Below are positions 49,536 through 59,590 of a stretch of DNA of 64,000 nucleotides, in pieces; the stretch's first letter is position 1, and each line of letters opens with the position of its first letter. A model generated the notes under the pieces. That model worked only from the letters and a program-made list of their open reading frames with translations, was not told where the DNA came from and did not search any database. Made by a program: the position numbers and the translations under genes. Source of the stretch: Bacteriovoracia bacterium (lineage in GTDB: Bacteria; Bdellovibrionota; UBA1018; JBFWNL01); assembly GCA_050251055.1 (NCBI GenBank), contig JBFWNL010000002.1, positions 160,001 through 224,000 on the forward strand, in the 5' to 3' direction.

Positions 49536-50993
49536 ATGAAAGACTTCAAGGGACGCATCGTCATCGTCGACGACGATAAGGAAATGAGATCACTGCTCGA
49601 GGACTTCGCGGTCCACGAAGGCTACGACGTACGGGTCTTCCCCCTGGCCGCCGACGCCCTAAGCGCTTTGGGACCGGACGGAGAGCTGAACGCCTCGACC
49701 GAGTCCGGAGACGTGGACGTGATCATTTCCGACATCCGCATGCCCAAGATGGATGGCCTCGAATTCTCCGAGCAGCTGCAAAAGCTTCGTCCGGAGATTC
49801 CCGTTATCCTAATAACTGCTTTCGGTAGCATCGAAACGGCGATCGAGGCGATGCGCCGGGGCGCGTTCCACTACGTCGTCAAGCCCTTCAAGCTCGCGGA
49901 AATGGCCGTGAACCTCGACCGCGCGCTGGAACATCGCAAGCTCCAGCGCGATAACACGGCATTACGCAGGGAAGTGAAGCGCAGCTGGAGCATGGGCGGG
50001 ATCGTCGGCAAGAGCGGCGGCATGAAGGGCGTATTTGACTTGGTTCAACGGGTTTCCCAAGCCACGGCGAACATCTTGATCACCGGCGAAAGCGGAACCG
50101 GAAAAGAAATGGTCGCGCGCGCCATTCATGAAAACGGCGCGCGGGCGCGCAAGCCGTTCGTCGCCATCAACTGCACGGCGATCCCCGAAACGCTCTTGGA
50201 ATCCGAGCTTTTCGGACACGCCAAGGGCTCGTTTACCGGCGCGATCCAGCGCAAACGCGGTTTGTTTGAGGAAGCAGATGGCGGCACGCTTTTCCTCGAC
50301 GAAATCGGCGACATGAATATCCAGCTACAGTCGAAGCTCCTACGCGTACTCCAGGAAAAGAAAGTCCGAGCCGTCGGCGAAAACATCGACAAGAACGTGG
50401 ACGTTCGTATCGTAGCCGCCACCCACAAAGATCTGAAAGCCGCGATCAAGGACGGCCGCTTCCGCGAGGACTTGTATTATCGCTTGAGCGTAATCCCGAT
50501 CGTGATTCCCCCCTTGCGTAACCGCAAGGAGGACATTCCCCTCTTGGCCGAACACTTCTTAAACAAGTACGCCGCCACTAATAACGCGAACGTCAAAGGC
50601 TTCACGAAACGAGCGATGAACCGACTGATGAACGCGCGCTGGGAGGGCAACGTTCGTGAATTGGAGAACGTGGTGGAGCGCGCGGTGGTGCTCGCTACCC
50701 AGCCCCTGATCGACGACGGCGATCTACCCGCTTTAGAATCGGCTTCCGCCGACAGCTTCTTCGGAGCCGCCACCGGCGACTTCCCCACGGTCGAGCAGCT
50801 TGAAAAGCGCTACATTCAGCTAGTGCTTGAAAAAACCGCCGGTCGCAAGGACAAGGCCGCGCAGATCTTGGGCATGAATCGCCGCACGCTTTATCGCAAG
50901 GAGCGGGACTACGGCCTGGTATCCGACGACGCCTCCGAGAACGCGGATTTAGAGCACGAGCCGGGAGATGAAACCGGCCCGGAACACACGTAG
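49536..50993 (+). CDS. Sigma54-dependent response regulator (NtrC/AtoC family)
   Basis: Receiver DDD/DIRMP, GESGTGKE, ESELFGHAKGSFTGA, FLDEIG, WEGNVRELEN, Fis-type HTH. Confidence 0.95.
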   Translation: MKDFKGRIVIVDDDKEMRSLLEDFAVHEGYDVRVFPLAADALSALGPDGELNASTESGDVDVIISDIRMPKMDGLEFSEQLQKLRPEIPVILITAFGSIETAIEAMRRGAFHYVVKPFKLAEMAVNLDRALEHRKLQRDNTALRREVKRSWSMGGIVGKSGGMKGVFDLVQRVSQATANILITGESGTGKEMVARAIHENGARARKPFVAINCTAIPETLLESELFGHAKGSFTGAIQRKRGLFEEADGGTLFLDEIGDMNIQLQSKLLRVLQEKKVRAVGENIDKNVDVRIVAATHKDLKAAIKDGRFREDLYYRLSVIPIVIPPLRNRKEDIPLLAEHFLNKYAATNNANVKGFTKRAMNRLMNARWEGNVRELENVVERAVVLATQPLIDDGDLPALESASADSFFGAATGDFPTVEQLEKRYIQLVLEKTAGRKDKAAQILGMNRRTLYRKERDYGLVSDDASENADLEHEPGDETGPEHT

Positions 50994-51114
50994 TTCTCGT
51001 GAGGTAGTTTTTCCCCCGCATCGGACAAAAAGCCTCGCGCGCATGCGAGCAGCTCCCGTCCTTAAAAATTACCCAATAAGTACAAAAACTTAGGATGTCC
51101 CCCGCCCGCTCTCC

Positions 51115-51131
51115 TTGGCGTCTCCTTTGCA
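51115..51131 (+). promoter_or_regulatory. Sigma54 (-24/-12) promoter
   Basis: TTGGCGTCTCCTTTGCA, GG-N10-GC, upstream of the USP gene. Confidence 0.75.
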
Positions 51132-51161
51132 GTCCTTAAGGCGCAAGGAGAACAAAGTTTC

Positions 51162-52175
51162 ATGAACACTCGCACGCCGTTGATCGTTTGGGCAGTCGAC
51201 CCCTTTGAACCCGAGACCCAAATCGGATTGGAGGAGCTGAAGTTGGTAAAATTCTGGGCGAACGCCCGGGGAGCGGCCCTGCTCCCCGTGTATGTAGCTT
51301 CTCCTCCTGGGCATTTGCTGGAAGAGGGCCGCGTCGACGAAGTCAAAACATTCGTCAAGGGAATGCAAAGCGCGGTGCAATCCTATCTACAACGCTTAGG
51401 CGCCGAAAGCTACTCGACTCCCCAAATCCTGATCAATGCCAAAGGCACCACCCGCGAGGCCGCGGAGAGCCTGCTCCACTTTGTCGCCCAGGAAGACGTA
51501 CAGGTGATTCTTGTCTCTACGCGGGGTAAAGCGGGACTCGCGCGTTCTCTATTCGGCAGCTTTGCGGAAACCCTGGTCGCCCAAGCGAACGTGCCGATTT
51601 TCTTCCTGGCCCACGCTTCGACGATCGACCGGCCAGCCGACCGAGAATGCACGCGTATCTTGTTCGCGACGGATTTTTCCAAAAACTCCCACCGTACTTT
51701 TCAGACGCTGCTTCGGCGCCTACCCGAAGTGGACGCCTCCTGCGCGCACTCAATTCATATCTTTCATGCCTTTACCTACCCTACCCTAGCCGCGTCGGGC
51801 ATGGCGATGATGGGCGCCACGCCTCAGGTGCCGGAGGCCTTCATCGAAGAGCAAAAGAATCTACTGACGGCGGAAGGCTCCCAATGGGTGCACGAAGCGC
51901 AAGCCGCCGGCATCGCCGCCGACTTCAGATTGTTTGATCGCTTGGGAGGGCTCGATACCGCCGAAGCGATTCTAGAAGCGGCCACGCAGGCGAAGTGTAA
52001 CTGGATCGCGATGGCGGCCGAGAGCGGCCCCTTGAAAGCTGGGCTCCTGGGGAGTGTGGCACGCGGGGTGTTTCGCGCGCACCGTTTCCCGGTTTGGATC
52101 TGCGGCCCCACCCTGCTCCGTGAAGATTCACCTCGGAATTCGTTCTTAACGACCCCCGGGGCGATGTTGATATGA
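51162..52175 (+). CDS. Tandem universal stress protein
   Basis: STRGKAGLARSLFGSFAE, ILFATDFS, LLGSVARGV..PV. Confidence 0.88.
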   Translation: MNTRTPLIVWAVDPFEPETQIGLEELKLVKFWANARGAALLPVYVASPPGHLLEEGRVDEVKTFVKGMQSAVQSYLQRLGAESYSTPQILINAKGTTREAAESLLHFVAQEDVQVILVSTRGKAGLARSLFGSFAETLVAQANVPIFFLAHASTIDRPADRECTRILFATDFSKNSHRTFQTLLRRLPEVDASCAHSIHIFHAFTYPTLAASGMAMMGATPQVPEAFIEEQKNLLTAEGSQWVHEAQAAGIAADFRLFDRLGGLDTAEAILEAATQAKCNWIAMAAESGPLKAGLLGSVARGVFRAHRFPVWICGPTLLREDSPRNSFLTTPGAMLI

Positions 52176-52747
52176 GTGGCCGACCTCGCAAAATCGTACT
52201 GACCGGGGGGCCTTGCGCCGGTAAGACAACCTTGACTCAGGTTATCGCGCAAAGTTTTCCGGAAAAAGTAGTCACTGTCCCAGAAGCCGCGTCCCTCCTG
52301 TTTAAAGGAGGCTTCCCTCGCTGGGCGGAACCGGACGCGGTCCGAGCGGCCCAAAGAGCCATCTACCGAGTACAAGTGGAGCTCGAAGCCGTCTTTGCCG
52401 CCAAATATCCGGACCGTTTGCTAGTTCTGGACCGGGGCACCGTGGATGGAGCCGTCTATTGGCCGGACGGACCGGATCGGTATTTCGCGGATCTCGGCAC
52501 CAGCTTCATAGACGAATTGGCTCGCTACGACCACGTCATCTACCTGGAAAGCGCCGGCGCCGAGGACTACGCGAAAAACCAAAGCAAGAACCCCTACCGA
52601 ATAGAAAACTGGGAAACCGCCCATCGTCTGGATATGCAGACCCGCAAGCTATGGGAAAATCACAAAAATTTCACCTTCGTCAAGAACCAGCGCGCATTTG
52701 GCTACAAAGTGATGGATGTGCTCGACGTGGTCGAAGGCGCGCTATGA
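52172..52747 (+). CDS. NadR/AAA_28-like P-loop ATPase/kinase
   Basis: IVLTGGPCAGKTT, VPEAAS, LDRGTVDGAVY. Confidence 0.85.
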   Translation: MSGRPRKIVLTGGPCAGKTTLTQVIAQSFPEKVVTVPEAASLLFKGGFPRWAEPDAVRAAQRAIYRVQVELEAVFAAKYPDRLLVLDRGTVDGAVYWPDGPDRYFADLGTSFIDELARYDHVIYLESAGAEDYAKNQSKNPYRIENWETAHRLDMQTRKLWENHKNFTFVKNQRAFGYKVMDVLDVVEGAL

Positions 52748-53976
52748 GCAGACCCGAGCGCGCGTACATTATTGACTCGCCTCAGAAAAAACCACCCGCT
52801 ATAGTACGTCTCCAAGGAGTAATCGTTCCCGTGGAAGAACTTTCGCTAGAAGAGCAGCTCGAGCGAACGGAAAAAGAAATCGACGACTTGCGTCGGGCGC
52901 TGGACCAAGCCTCGATCGTGGCGTTCACCGACTCTGCCGGTTCGATTACTTACGTCAACGATCTGTTTTGCCAGATTTCCAAGTATTCACGCGAAGAGCT
53001 GATCGGGCAAAATCACCGGATCATCAATTCCGGCTACCATCCCCGCGAGTTTTTCGAAGCTCTGTGGAAAACCATTTCTTCTGGACGCGTCTGGAAGGGC
53101 GAAGTGAAGAACCGCGCGAAGGATGGGTCGTTCTATTGGGTGTTCACGACGATCGTTCCCTTCATGACCCCTAAGGGGCGTCCTTTCAAGTACGTGGCCA
53201 TCCGTACGGACATCACCGAACTCAAGCGCGCGCAGGAGCAAGCCGAGTATCAACGGGGGATCCTGGTTCAATCGGAAAAAATGGCAAGCCTGGGCGAGCT
53301 GGCTGCCGGCATTGGCCACGAGCTGGGCAATCCGCTCGCGACGATCGGTGGCCGGATGGAGTTCCTGGCGGGAAAAGTCCGGTCGGGCCGCGCGGGTCCC
53401 GAGGAAGTCCTAAAAACTATCGACACCGTCAACCAGCTTTGCGATCGCATGGCGAGCATCATTCGCGGGATGCGAGCACTTTCCCGTGATGGTACCGCCG
53501 ATCCTTTCCAAATGGTGCCCGTCGCACGAATGATTCGCGACGTATTAAGCTTCACTCAAGAGAGCTTCTTGAAACACAATATCGATGCGCAAGTCGCCGA
53601 AATCGACGAAAGCCTCGAGATATATGGCCAGGAAACCCAGCTGAGCCAGGTTTTCGTGAACTTGCTCAATAACGCCAAGGACGCGGTGCTGCCATTGAAA
53701 GAGCGATGGATCCGCATCGACTGCCAAGACGTCGGAGACCACGTGGAAATCTCGTTCACGGACAGTGGCCCGGGAATTCCCGCAGAAATCCGCGAAAAAA
53801 TTCTCTTGCCGTTTTTCACGACCAAAGACATGGGCAAGGGTTCGGGGCTGGGATTAAGCGTTTCCAAAACGATCGTCGAGGCCCACAAAGGCGCCATCCG
53901 CATTGACTCCAGCTGCCGCAACACCCGTTTTGTACTCACTTTGCCGAAGCGGCCGGAAAACCCCACGAAGGGGTAA
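52744..53976 (+). CDS. PAS sensor histidine kinase (start may be 52831)
   Basis: [19 protein letters not shown]; [21 protein letters not shown]; [25 protein letters not shown]. Confidence 0.93.
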   Translation: MSRPERAYIIDSPQKKPPAIVRLQGVIVPVEELSLEEQLERTEKEIDDLRRALDQASIVAFTDSAGSITYVNDLFCQISKYSREELIGQNHRIINSGYHPREFFEALWKTISSGRVWKGEVKNRAKDGSFYWVFTTIVPFMTPKGRPFKYVAIRTDITELKRAQEQAEYQRGILVQSEKMASLGELAAGIGHELGNPLATIGGRMEFLAGKVRSGRAGPEEVLKTIDTVNQLCDRMASIIRGMRALSRDGTADPFQMVPVARMIRDVLSFTQESFLKHNIDAQVAEIDESLEIYGQETQLSQVFVNLLNNAKDAVLPLKERWIRIDCQDVGDHVEISFTDSGPGIPAEIREKILLPFFTTKDMGKGSGLGLSVSKTIVEAHKGAIRIDSSCRNTRFVLTLPKRPENPTKG

Positions 53977-54033
53977 TTTGCCCCATTCCGCGCCAAAAAC
54001 TTGGAAAAAAGCTAGTTATTTCAAGTAGCAACG

Positions 54034-54050
54034 CTGGCCCTCCCCTTGCT
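54034..54050 (+). promoter_or_regulatory. Sigma54 (-24/-12) promoter
   Basis: CTGGCCCTCCCCTTGCT, GG-N10-GC, upstream of AAGGAGG RBS. Confidence 0.7.
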
Positions 54051-54075
54051 TTATCTATGGGCAAGGAGGTCGCAT

Positions 54076-54243
54076 ATGACGACACTGGTATTCGTGAGCA
54101 TCTTTTTTTCCATCGTAGTCCTTTACGGGCTCGCCATCCTCTCCGCCGGCCAAGGATCGAAAAACCGGCTAGACCTTGCGCAACGACTGGCCTTGATCGA
54201 TACGGCGAAAGAGGACGCTTCCTCATTTCGCCGTGCCAGCTAA
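54076..54243 (+). CDS. Small single-TM protein (55 aa)
   Basis: AAGGAGG RBS; hydrophobic N-terminus; sigma54 promoter upstream. Confidence 0.6.
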   Translation: MTTLVFVSIFFSIVVLYGLAILSAGQGSKNRLDLAQRLALIDTAKEDASSFRRAS

Positions 54244-54310
54244 GACGAATTCTTGATAGGACATGCCGCTTCGGGTTGACGCAAACTGCGACAACCCCTA
54301 CCATCACGGC

Positions 54311-55660
54311 ATGAAATTCGGCTTCGAAAGCGAAAAGCTCCTCTATGACCTAAAGGACGATTCCATTTTCCATGGGGTTTTTCGTCTCGTGGACGCCCTG
54401 TCCGATTACGTCACCTTTCACGGAGAGGACGTTCCCGAACGGGTGACCAATGAATTCGTGTTGAACATGGTGGAGATCAACACGTTGGCTTCGCCTTCGC
54501 AGCGGGAAGTCATCGAAGATTACCTTTTGCTGTATCAAATCGTGACCGATGTCTCCTATCGCGAGCGCGTGGTCCCGCTCCCCCTGGGAGCCGTACCATT
54601 TCTTTTTACCCCCAACATGGTGCCCCGCTGGCCGTACTACGTGCAGAATTCAATTCTCTCCGGCAAACGCCTCAAGGACTGGGCATTGTCCCCAAAGTCG
54701 CCGCTCGCCGACGCGGGAAACTGCGCGGGGCTGCACACGCATATCGAAATCGAATGCCTGCCGGAGTTCCTGGTGTTCTCCAAGGAACTCGTTCACAAAC
54801 ACAACATGGGGCTCATGCTGACCCCCATGACCGCATTTTCGGCTTCTCCGTATTTTTACGAGGAGCACTCCGCTCACTCCATGCGCGCCCACCGCTATTA
54901 CCACCGGGTGTACGAGAAGTTTCCCCTGAATGGCGCCCTACCTCCGGTCATGAGCACTTCGGAGGAAGTCCTGCGCTACACGCTTTCCGGTATCAACCAT
55001 TGGATTGAAGCCGGTACCCAGATTGGATTCGATCGCGAGGATCTGGTTAAGTTGACGTCCAAGAAGGGCGCCAACTGGAGCATGATCCGCTGGAACCGTA
55101 CCTGGAACACGATCGAGCTTCGCTGCCTGGAGTCCGACCGGGTGGACCTCGATATCGGGAAGTTCATCTGGGTTGCCGGAGCGATGAAGCGCCTGGACCT
55201 TAAGGGCGAAGCGCTGGAACCTGAAGTACTTACAACGCAGTCCCGCTTGGATGAAAAAATGATCGATGAGGCTTTTAACGTCCACGGCGGACGGGTGAGC
55301 ATCCTCCCCACGGTCGCTATCCATGAACTGACCTCGCGCGCGATCCTCAAGGGTCTGCACGACCCCTGGGTAGAGCGCTATCTGCACCGCCTCGCTACCT
55401 TTGCCCGCGATGGAGTGGACGAAAACTGCCTTTCGGTCTTCGAAATATTAAAGAAAGCCCTGGATTCTCGCCGGACGACCACGATCGATATCCTGGAAGC
55501 AACTGGAAACGCCTCGAGCTTGACCCAGCAGCAATGCATTCCGATCTTGCGGGACCTGATCCAGAAAGAGCGCACGGCGCTGGCCGCGCTGCGGACGGAG
55601 TTTCCGAACGTGATTTTCAAGAAAAAGTCGGATCTTTTTCCGCGACTGCCCAAGAAGTAG
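54311..55660 (+). CDS. Glutamate-cysteine ligase (GCS2)-like carboxylate-amine ligase
   Basis: FGFESE, NMVEINT, AGLHTHI, SASP, TIELRC. Confidence 0.75.
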   Translation: MKFGFESEKLLYDLKDDSIFHGVFRLVDALSDYVTFHGEDVPERVTNEFVLNMVEINTLASPSQREVIEDYLLLYQIVTDVSYRERVVPLPLGAVPFLFTPNMVPRWPYYVQNSILSGKRLKDWALSPKSPLADAGNCAGLHTHIEIECLPEFLVFSKELVHKHNMGLMLTPMTAFSASPYFYEEHSAHSMRAHRYYHRVYEKFPLNGALPPVMSTSEEVLRYTLSGINHWIEAGTQIGFDREDLVKLTSKKGANWSMIRWNRTWNTIELRCLESDRVDLDIGKFIWVAGAMKRLDLKGEALEPEVLTTQSRLDEKMIDEAFNVHGGRVSILPTVAIHELTSRAILKGLHDPWVERYLHRLATFARDGVDENCLSVFEILKKALDSRRTTTIDILEATGNASSLTQQQCIPILRDLIQKERTALAALRTEFPNVIFKKKSDLFPRLPKK

Positions 55661-55693
55661 CGGAACTATTTACCCGGGTGCGGTAGACCGACT

Positions 55694-56209
55694 TCACTCT
55701 AGGTCGCCCCGCAGTATTCCGTAAATCGCTTCGTTCGCGGGCGCGCCCCCCACTAAGAAGTGTTCCCGCAGGAGTCCCTCGAGCCGAAAACCCACCTTCT
55801 CTAGTACGCGACGCGAAGGAACATTGTCTTCGTGCACGAATGCGACGAGCTTCCGCAGTGGCGTACGCGTGAAACAATCCCGCATCACCATGCGAACGGC
55901 TTGGGTGGCGACGCCCTTCCCCCGCGCGGACGCCGAGACAGCGTAGCCAAGCTCCGCCGTGAGCATCATACGATTAATTTGCTGAATAGAAACGTGCCCT
56001 ACCAGCTCCCCATCGACGCGAATGACCCACAGGAAGGCCTCGGATCGCGGGAAATCCGCGAGATCCGCGCTCGCTTTGGCTAATCGCTCGCGCAACTGCT
56101 CGAGCGTGGAAGGCGCGAAAGGATTGTATCTTACTGATTCGGGATCCCCACGGGACTCCTGCCACCAAGCCGCTAAACTGGGCGTGAATGCCTCGAGGGT
56201 CAACTTCAT
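55694..56209 (-). CDS. GNAT acetyltransferase (RimJ/RimL-like)
   Basis: AELGYAV..RGKGVAT, NVPSRRVLEKVGFRLEG. Confidence 0.9.
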   Translation of the reverse strand: MKLTLEAFTPSLAAWWQESRGDPESVRYNPFAPSTLEQLRERLAKASADLADFPRSEAFLWVIRVDGELVGHVSIQQINRMMLTAELGYAVSASARGKGVATQAVRMVMRDCFTRTPLRKLVAFVHEDNVPSRRVLEKVGFRLEGLLREHFLVGGAPANEAIYGILRGDLE

Positions 56210-56246
56210 CTCGAGACACTAACTCTACTTTCCCGAATAAGGTAAG

Positions 56247-56954
56247 TTATTTTCGAAACTCGTTTAATTGCTCCACGAAGCATTTCGCCAGGCTCGAAAA
56301 ATTCAGCTGAAACTTCGCCAACACGCCCGAGTCGGAATTGCGCAATGGCTGTGTGATTTCTTCGGCCGGAGCTTTACCGTAGCGGACCACGAGGTCAGCC
56401 GCATACAACGCATGATCCACAAGGGGGCGACCAAAGTGATCATACTGAACGCGCGCAGGCGTTGCATTGAAAGTAAAGAAGGGTACGTTGAAGTTCACGC
56501 CGACCACGGGAACCACGGTCACGGGGGACCCACCACTTTCCACTTCGTTCCAGTCACCAGAAAAAAACTCGATCGTGTCACAACGCGCGTCGTCCGGCCC
56601 CGTCGAGTTCAGTTTGATGTCAATTCGTTCGCCTTCGTACCGTCCGGCAAAGGCGCTATAATATTTACGCCGTACCGAGAACCCCTCCCCGGGAAGCAGG
56701 ACCGCGCTCCACTTCAACTGAAAGAGCTCGGACATATTTCGGTGCGCGTGAGACGGCCAAATGGTCGGCCATGCCCCTTGCGCCCATTGAATCGCGCACA
56801 CCCGTTGTATCTCCTCAACGGTCGCGACATTTAAAGGAGCGCCCGGCACCAAATAGTCATGGGGATTCAGTGCGGGCTGGGGTTCGCCAAAGACGGCGGA
56901 GCCACGGAAAAACGTAAGAATTAACAAAAGATAGGACAGGTGAGGAAACTTCAT
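56247..56954 (-). CDS. Secreted hypothetical protein (paralog of 57489-58187)
   Basis: Signal peptide; IQRVCAIQWA, YDHFGR, terminal C. Confidence 0.65.
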   Translation of the reverse strand: MKFPHLSYLLLILTFFRGSAVFGEPQPALNPHDYLVPGAPLNVATVEEIQRVCAIQWAQGAWPTIWPSHAHRNMSELFQLKWSAVLLPGEGFSVRRKYYSAFAGRYEGERIDIKLNSTGPDDARCDTIEFFSGDWNEVESGGSPVTVVPVVGVNFNVPFFTFNATPARVQYDHFGRPLVDHALYAADLVVRYGKAPAEEITQPLRNSDSGVLAKFQLNFSSLAKCFVEQLNEFRK

Positions 56955-57101
56955 CGATCGGACTCCTTCGACGGCGAAACAATCGCCGGAGGGTGGCCCG
57001 ATTCACCCGGATTAATACGACTCGATGCGTTATACCCTGTTTTTTGGCGTTTGCAATCAAATTGTTCGAGTCCGAAGCGACGGTTTGTTATTCAAGTGTC
57101 T

Positions 57102-57458
57102 ATGGATGTCATCTTGCGTGGACACGAGAACTCCACCGGACGCGGAACGATCCAGGTCCAGAGCTGGACCAAGCGCGAGCGTACCTTGCGTGCCCTGAAG
57201 TTCGGCGGGTTCTGCTGGGGCCTGGCCTTAGTGTCCGTGCTTATTCCCCTGTTACATTTCGTGCTGGTACCTAGCTTTCTTATCGCCGGACCGATCGTCG
57301 CGCTCGTAATAATGCGTCGGCAGGGAGTCGTGCTCGGAGGAAGTGGCGACTGCCCTCACTGTAAGAAGCAGATGAAGATCGTACGGAGCCTGCCGCGCTT
57401 TCCGCTCACCGATCTCTGCGACCACTGTCAGCAAAGCGTAAAGATCGAACCCGCTTGA
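57102..57458 (+). CDS. Two-TM protein with a C-terminal Zn ribbon
   Basis: IPLLHFVLVP; CPHC...CDHC. Confidence 0.7.
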   Translation: MDVILRGHENSTGRGTIQVQSWTKRERTLRALKFGGFCWGLALVSVLIPLLHFVLVPSFLIAGPIVALVIMRRQGVVLGGSGDCPHCKKQMKIVRSLPRFPLTDLCDHCQQSVKIEPA

Positions 57459-57488
57459 ATTGCGCCCGCAGAAGCCCGGCCTGCTCGC

Positions 57489-58187
57489 TTACTTAAGCTC
57501 GTCCCCCAAGCACCATTTATAAGGATTGAAATCCAGGGTAAACTTTATCCTTGCCTTCGTCTTTTCGTTTACCAAAGAAAAGATAGCCTCTTTATTGAGC
57601 AGGTTCTTTCCGTGCCGTATGAAGAGATTCGTTGCATACGGAACCGCCTCAGAAATCGCGCGGCCAAATCGATCGTAAAGAGGTGACCCGGCCTGGGTAT
57701 CGTAGATCAAGTACGGAACCCATGCGACGCCTTCCTTAGCGGGAACCATGCGAATCGCCCCCTTGTCCGCTCGATACTCGAAGACGGTGACGATCTCTCC
57801 ATCTTTCTCTTCAGTAGGCTTTAGGGAAACTGTAAATTCTTCAGTACGGCTGGGTATTGCTTGATCCAAACTAAACGCTGGATAGTCGCGTATGACTTTA
57901 AAACCTCGATCGGGGGCTAACAATGGAACGAAAGCAAACTCCACCGCCGTCGCGGTCGAAATTTGCGACGCACCGGCAAGCTTACTCCATTGAGATACCG
58001 CCCACTGTATAGCGCACTTCCGCTGTACATCCCGCACCCGGGCAACCCTGTGAAGACTCGAACGCTCGATGACGAGGTCCTCGTAGCGAGGCTCATCGAC
58101 GTAGGTAACCGGCGGCAACGCCAAACCAGCGTGTGCCGGTGAAGAAAATACCGCGAATATCAGCCAATAAATCAGCGTCGCTTTCAT
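57489..58187 (-). CDS. Secreted hypothetical protein (paralog of 56247-56954)
   Basis: Signal ending AHA; VQRKCAIQWA, YDRFGR. Confidence 0.65.
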   Translation of the reverse strand: MKATLIYWLIFAVFSSPAHAGLALPPVTYVDEPRYEDLVIERSSLHRVARVRDVQRKCAIQWAVSQWSKLAGASQISTATAVEFAFVPLLAPDRGFKVIRDYPAFSLDQAIPSRTEEFTVSLKPTEEKDGEIVTVFEYRADKGAIRMVPAKEGVAWVPYLIYDTQAGSPLYDRFGRAISEAVPYATNLFIRHGKNLLNKEAIFSLVNEKTKARIKFTLDFNPYKWCLGDELK

Positions 58188-58313
58188 TGTGACACAATAT
58201 AATGCGTTGCATTATATTTGGCTATTTCGATTCGACCCGCCCCGACGATAACTTACTCAGGTTCGAGTTCAACTCCGCGGTAAAACGAACGTAAGACGTG
58301 TTATGTTTTACTC

Positions 58314-58751
58314 ATGGAAAATCTCTTACTCTCCGCCTCGCCCGAGTGGATCGAAATGGGCATATTGATCACCCGCCTCTTCATCGGCGTTTGCTTCGTC
58401 GTACACGGGCTAGGGAAGCTAGGCGTGGTCGGCCCCGGAAATATGCACGGCTTCACCGAATGGCTCCGTAGCCTCGGGGTACCGATGCCCGCTGTGCAGG
58501 CGCGGATGGCGATGCTGACCGAACTCCTAGGCGGCGCCTGTATCGCTCTGGGTTTGGGCACGCGCGTGGCGCTCGCGCTGGTATTCTGCACGATGATCGT
58601 GGCCATGCTGATTGGTCACCGCGGAGGCGGCTACCTCATCACCAACAATCCTCCTGGCAACGAGTACACGATCAACCTGGCCGTGATCTTGGCGTTCTTG
58701 TTCGTTTGCGGTCCCGGTCCCTATTCGCTCGATGCTTGGCTATTAAACTAG
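58314..58751 (+). CDS. DoxX family membrane protein
   Basis: RLFIG..HGLGKL, ELLGG..LGLGTR, GPGPYSLD. Confidence 0.9.
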   Translation: MENLLLSASPEWIEMGILITRLFIGVCFVVHGLGKLGVVGPGNMHGFTEWLRSLGVPMPAVQARMAMLTELLGGACIALGLGTRVALALVFCTMIVAMLIGHRGGGYLITNNPPGNEYTINLAVILAFLFVCGPGPYSLDAWLLN

Positions 58752-59522
58752 GGGCGGCGGCGAAAGACCGAACGAGAGAAATCCGCCGTCGACCGCAATG
58801 GCCTGGCCCGTGACGTAGGACGCGGCGTCCATCGCGAGAAAAGCCACTAGACCGGCCACCTCGGCCGGCTCCCCTACCCGACCCATCGGGGTGGCCGCGA
58901 GAATTTTCTCCAAACGCTCCGGGTTCTTCAAGACGCTTTCCGTCAGTGGGGTCTGGATATACCACGGTAGCACGGCGTTCACGCGGATCTGGTCGCGGGC
59001 CCACTCCACCGCCAGATAACGGGACATCTGGATCTCGGCCGATTTTGTCATCGCGTAGGCGACGCCCGTGCCGACCCCCTTTTCGGCGGCCACCGAAGCC
59101 ACGTTAATGATGGATGACGGATGGCCCTTTAAAAAGGGGTAGCAACCACGGGAAAGTTCATAAGCGGAATAAAGATTAGTTCGAAAGACGTGCTCGAAGT
59201 CGGCGCCGGTGAGCTCCACCGTGCGTTTACGGATGTTAGTACCGACATTGTTTACGAGAACATCCAACCTGCCTCCGCGCGCGTTTACCGCGTCTAATAC
59301 GCGCGTGATTCCTTCGGAAGTGGAAACATCGGCCGCCACGCCGTGGACCCGATATCCTCGGGAACCCCAATCCAAGAGTACACGATCAAGCGTAGTTCCG
59401 TCCCGCCCAACGACGGTCACCTCCGCCCCTAAGCCTAGAAACTCGGTCGCAATGGCGTAGCCAATTCCCTTTGTCCCACCCGTCACCAAAGCCTTGCGGC
59501 CATCCATTCGCCAACGCTGCAT
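58743..59522 (-). CDS. SDR oxidoreductase (tropinone reductase-like)
   Basis: TGGTKGIG, NNVGTNIRK, YAMTK, PWYIQT. Confidence 0.92.
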   Translation of the reverse strand: MQRWRMDGRKALVTGGTKGIGYAIATEFLGLGAEVTVVGRDGTTLDRVLLDWGSRGYRVHGVAADVSTSEGITRVLDAVNARGGRLDVLVNNVGTNIRKRTVELTGADFEHVFRTNLYSAYELSRGCYPFLKGHPSSIINVASVAAEKGVGTGVAYAMTKSAEIQMSRYLAVEWARDQIRVNAVLPWYIQTPLTESVLKNPERLEKILAATPMGRVGEPAEVAGLVAFLAMDAASYVTGQAIAVDGGFLSFGLSPPPLV

Positions 59523-59590
59523 CGACTCTCCCCTATGCGGGAATCATCGCTAGACGACCCTCGTTTTGGAAGCTAATAGTGGGAAGATAG

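Noticed and set aside
50200-50245. GSFTGA instead of GAFTGA in the sigma54 activator
   Set aside because: Common functional variant
52459-52743. N-terminal extension of the histidine kinase ORF
   Set aside because: Overlaps the ATPase gene in another frame; ATGA-coupled start at 52744 is more plausible
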